Below, piece after piece: positions 63,254 to 64,000 of a DNA stretch of 64,000 bases. Each line of letters begins with the position of its first letter. Position 1 is the first letter of the stretch. The stretch covers positions 99,262,001-99,326,000 of the forward strand of contig NC_135658.1 of assembly GCF_964188315.1 (NCBI RefSeq), written 5' to 3'. The notes under the pieces were generated by a model. It did no database searches and was not told where the DNA came from. It saw only the letters and a list, made by a program, of their open reading frames with translations. The translations under genes were made by a program, and so were the position numbers. This stretch comes from Podarcis muralis. Its lineage: Eukaryota.

Positions 63254-64000
63254 AGGGGCTGCATATGAATGACAGCAAAGTGTTTGGGGTTAATGGTTGT
63301 GCGTGAATTAGAGTCTGGCAGAGAGGATCTAGTGAGTAGCTAAGTGGGAAGGGGAGAGCTGAGATTGTCGGGAAAGAGGACGCTGCTCTGTGTGAATTAG
63401 AAAATGATAAGAGTTGGATGTGCACATGCGGGGCGGCTGAAGCCATTTTGCTGCTTGAAACGAAGGACTTAGTGGTATCACCACCCAGATTTGATGCAAA
63501 AGTTGTCCGAATTGCCCATTGAATCATATTTCCACACTGATGAGGACAGGACATCACCTAGGATCAGCCAAGTTAGCACACACAGTTCTGTCCTCCAACA
63601 TTGTTCTATTGCTCCCTGCCCTCCATCCACATCTGCTGCCTAAGGCACCTGTCTTATTCTCTTAATGGTAGGGAAAAATAGTAGGACTGCAGGGGAATCA
63701 AATAGTTAATACTTGGCCTATACATGCATTGAATCAACATGTAGAAGAGAGTGGATGGGTTCTGGATGACCCACAACCAGCGTCTATGTATCTGACAGCC
63801 CTGCTCCCTCACTCCGGTATGTTGGGTGTAACGTAAGGTAGGATCCCACATGCGTACAACTGTGTGTACAAGCTCTACTCACAATTAGGAACCATCCGTA
63901 TGTGCATGTTGTATATCTCTAGAGCCCATTTTTATTTTCCTTTTATTTTCCTTCCAGACCACCAAAATTGGCAGAGATCTCAGGGGTGCTGGCCACAACC

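Noticed and set aside
1-64000. Naming the host gene, a known miRNA, or a novel multi-gene system
   Set aside because: No translated segment or hairpin matched anything I reliably recognise. Motif-based exon candidates fall on both strands and cannot be joined into one supported model without alignment or RNA data.

Overview
This is vertebrate genomic DNA, not microbial. It comes from a squamate reptile, most likely a lacertid lizard (inferred from the repeat repertoire). The window is AT-rich intronic or intergenic sequence with seven assembly gaps. I recognise no host protein-coding exon, tRNA/rRNA gene, known miRNA or CRISPR array. The longer protein-like ORFs I can assign are 5'-truncated LINE fragments (Bov-B, other RTE, L2) or their antisense shadows; other long ORFs are N-run artefacts or unassigned chance ORFs. 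Mobile elements: 8 Sauria-SINE copies in two subfamilies, other tRNA-derived SINEs, 3 young Bov-B 3' ends, RTE/L2/CR1 remnants, Tc1/mariner-superfamily MITEs with TA target duplications, hAT-like remnants and 3 solo-LTR-like segments. Several repeat-poor, motif-rich blocks between them look like conserved non-coding elements. The best leads are a 9-nt microexon candidate (14422-14430), a 53-nt exon candidate (43883-43935), a CpG-retaining promoter-like block (about 7760-8850), a diverged ~165-bp local duplication (62186-62352 / 63031-63189) and several retrotransposition or nesting oddities. All host-function leads rest on motifs only and need alignment or RNA-seq. Repeat family names come from recall of consensus sequences, not a database search, and coordinates were counted by hand.
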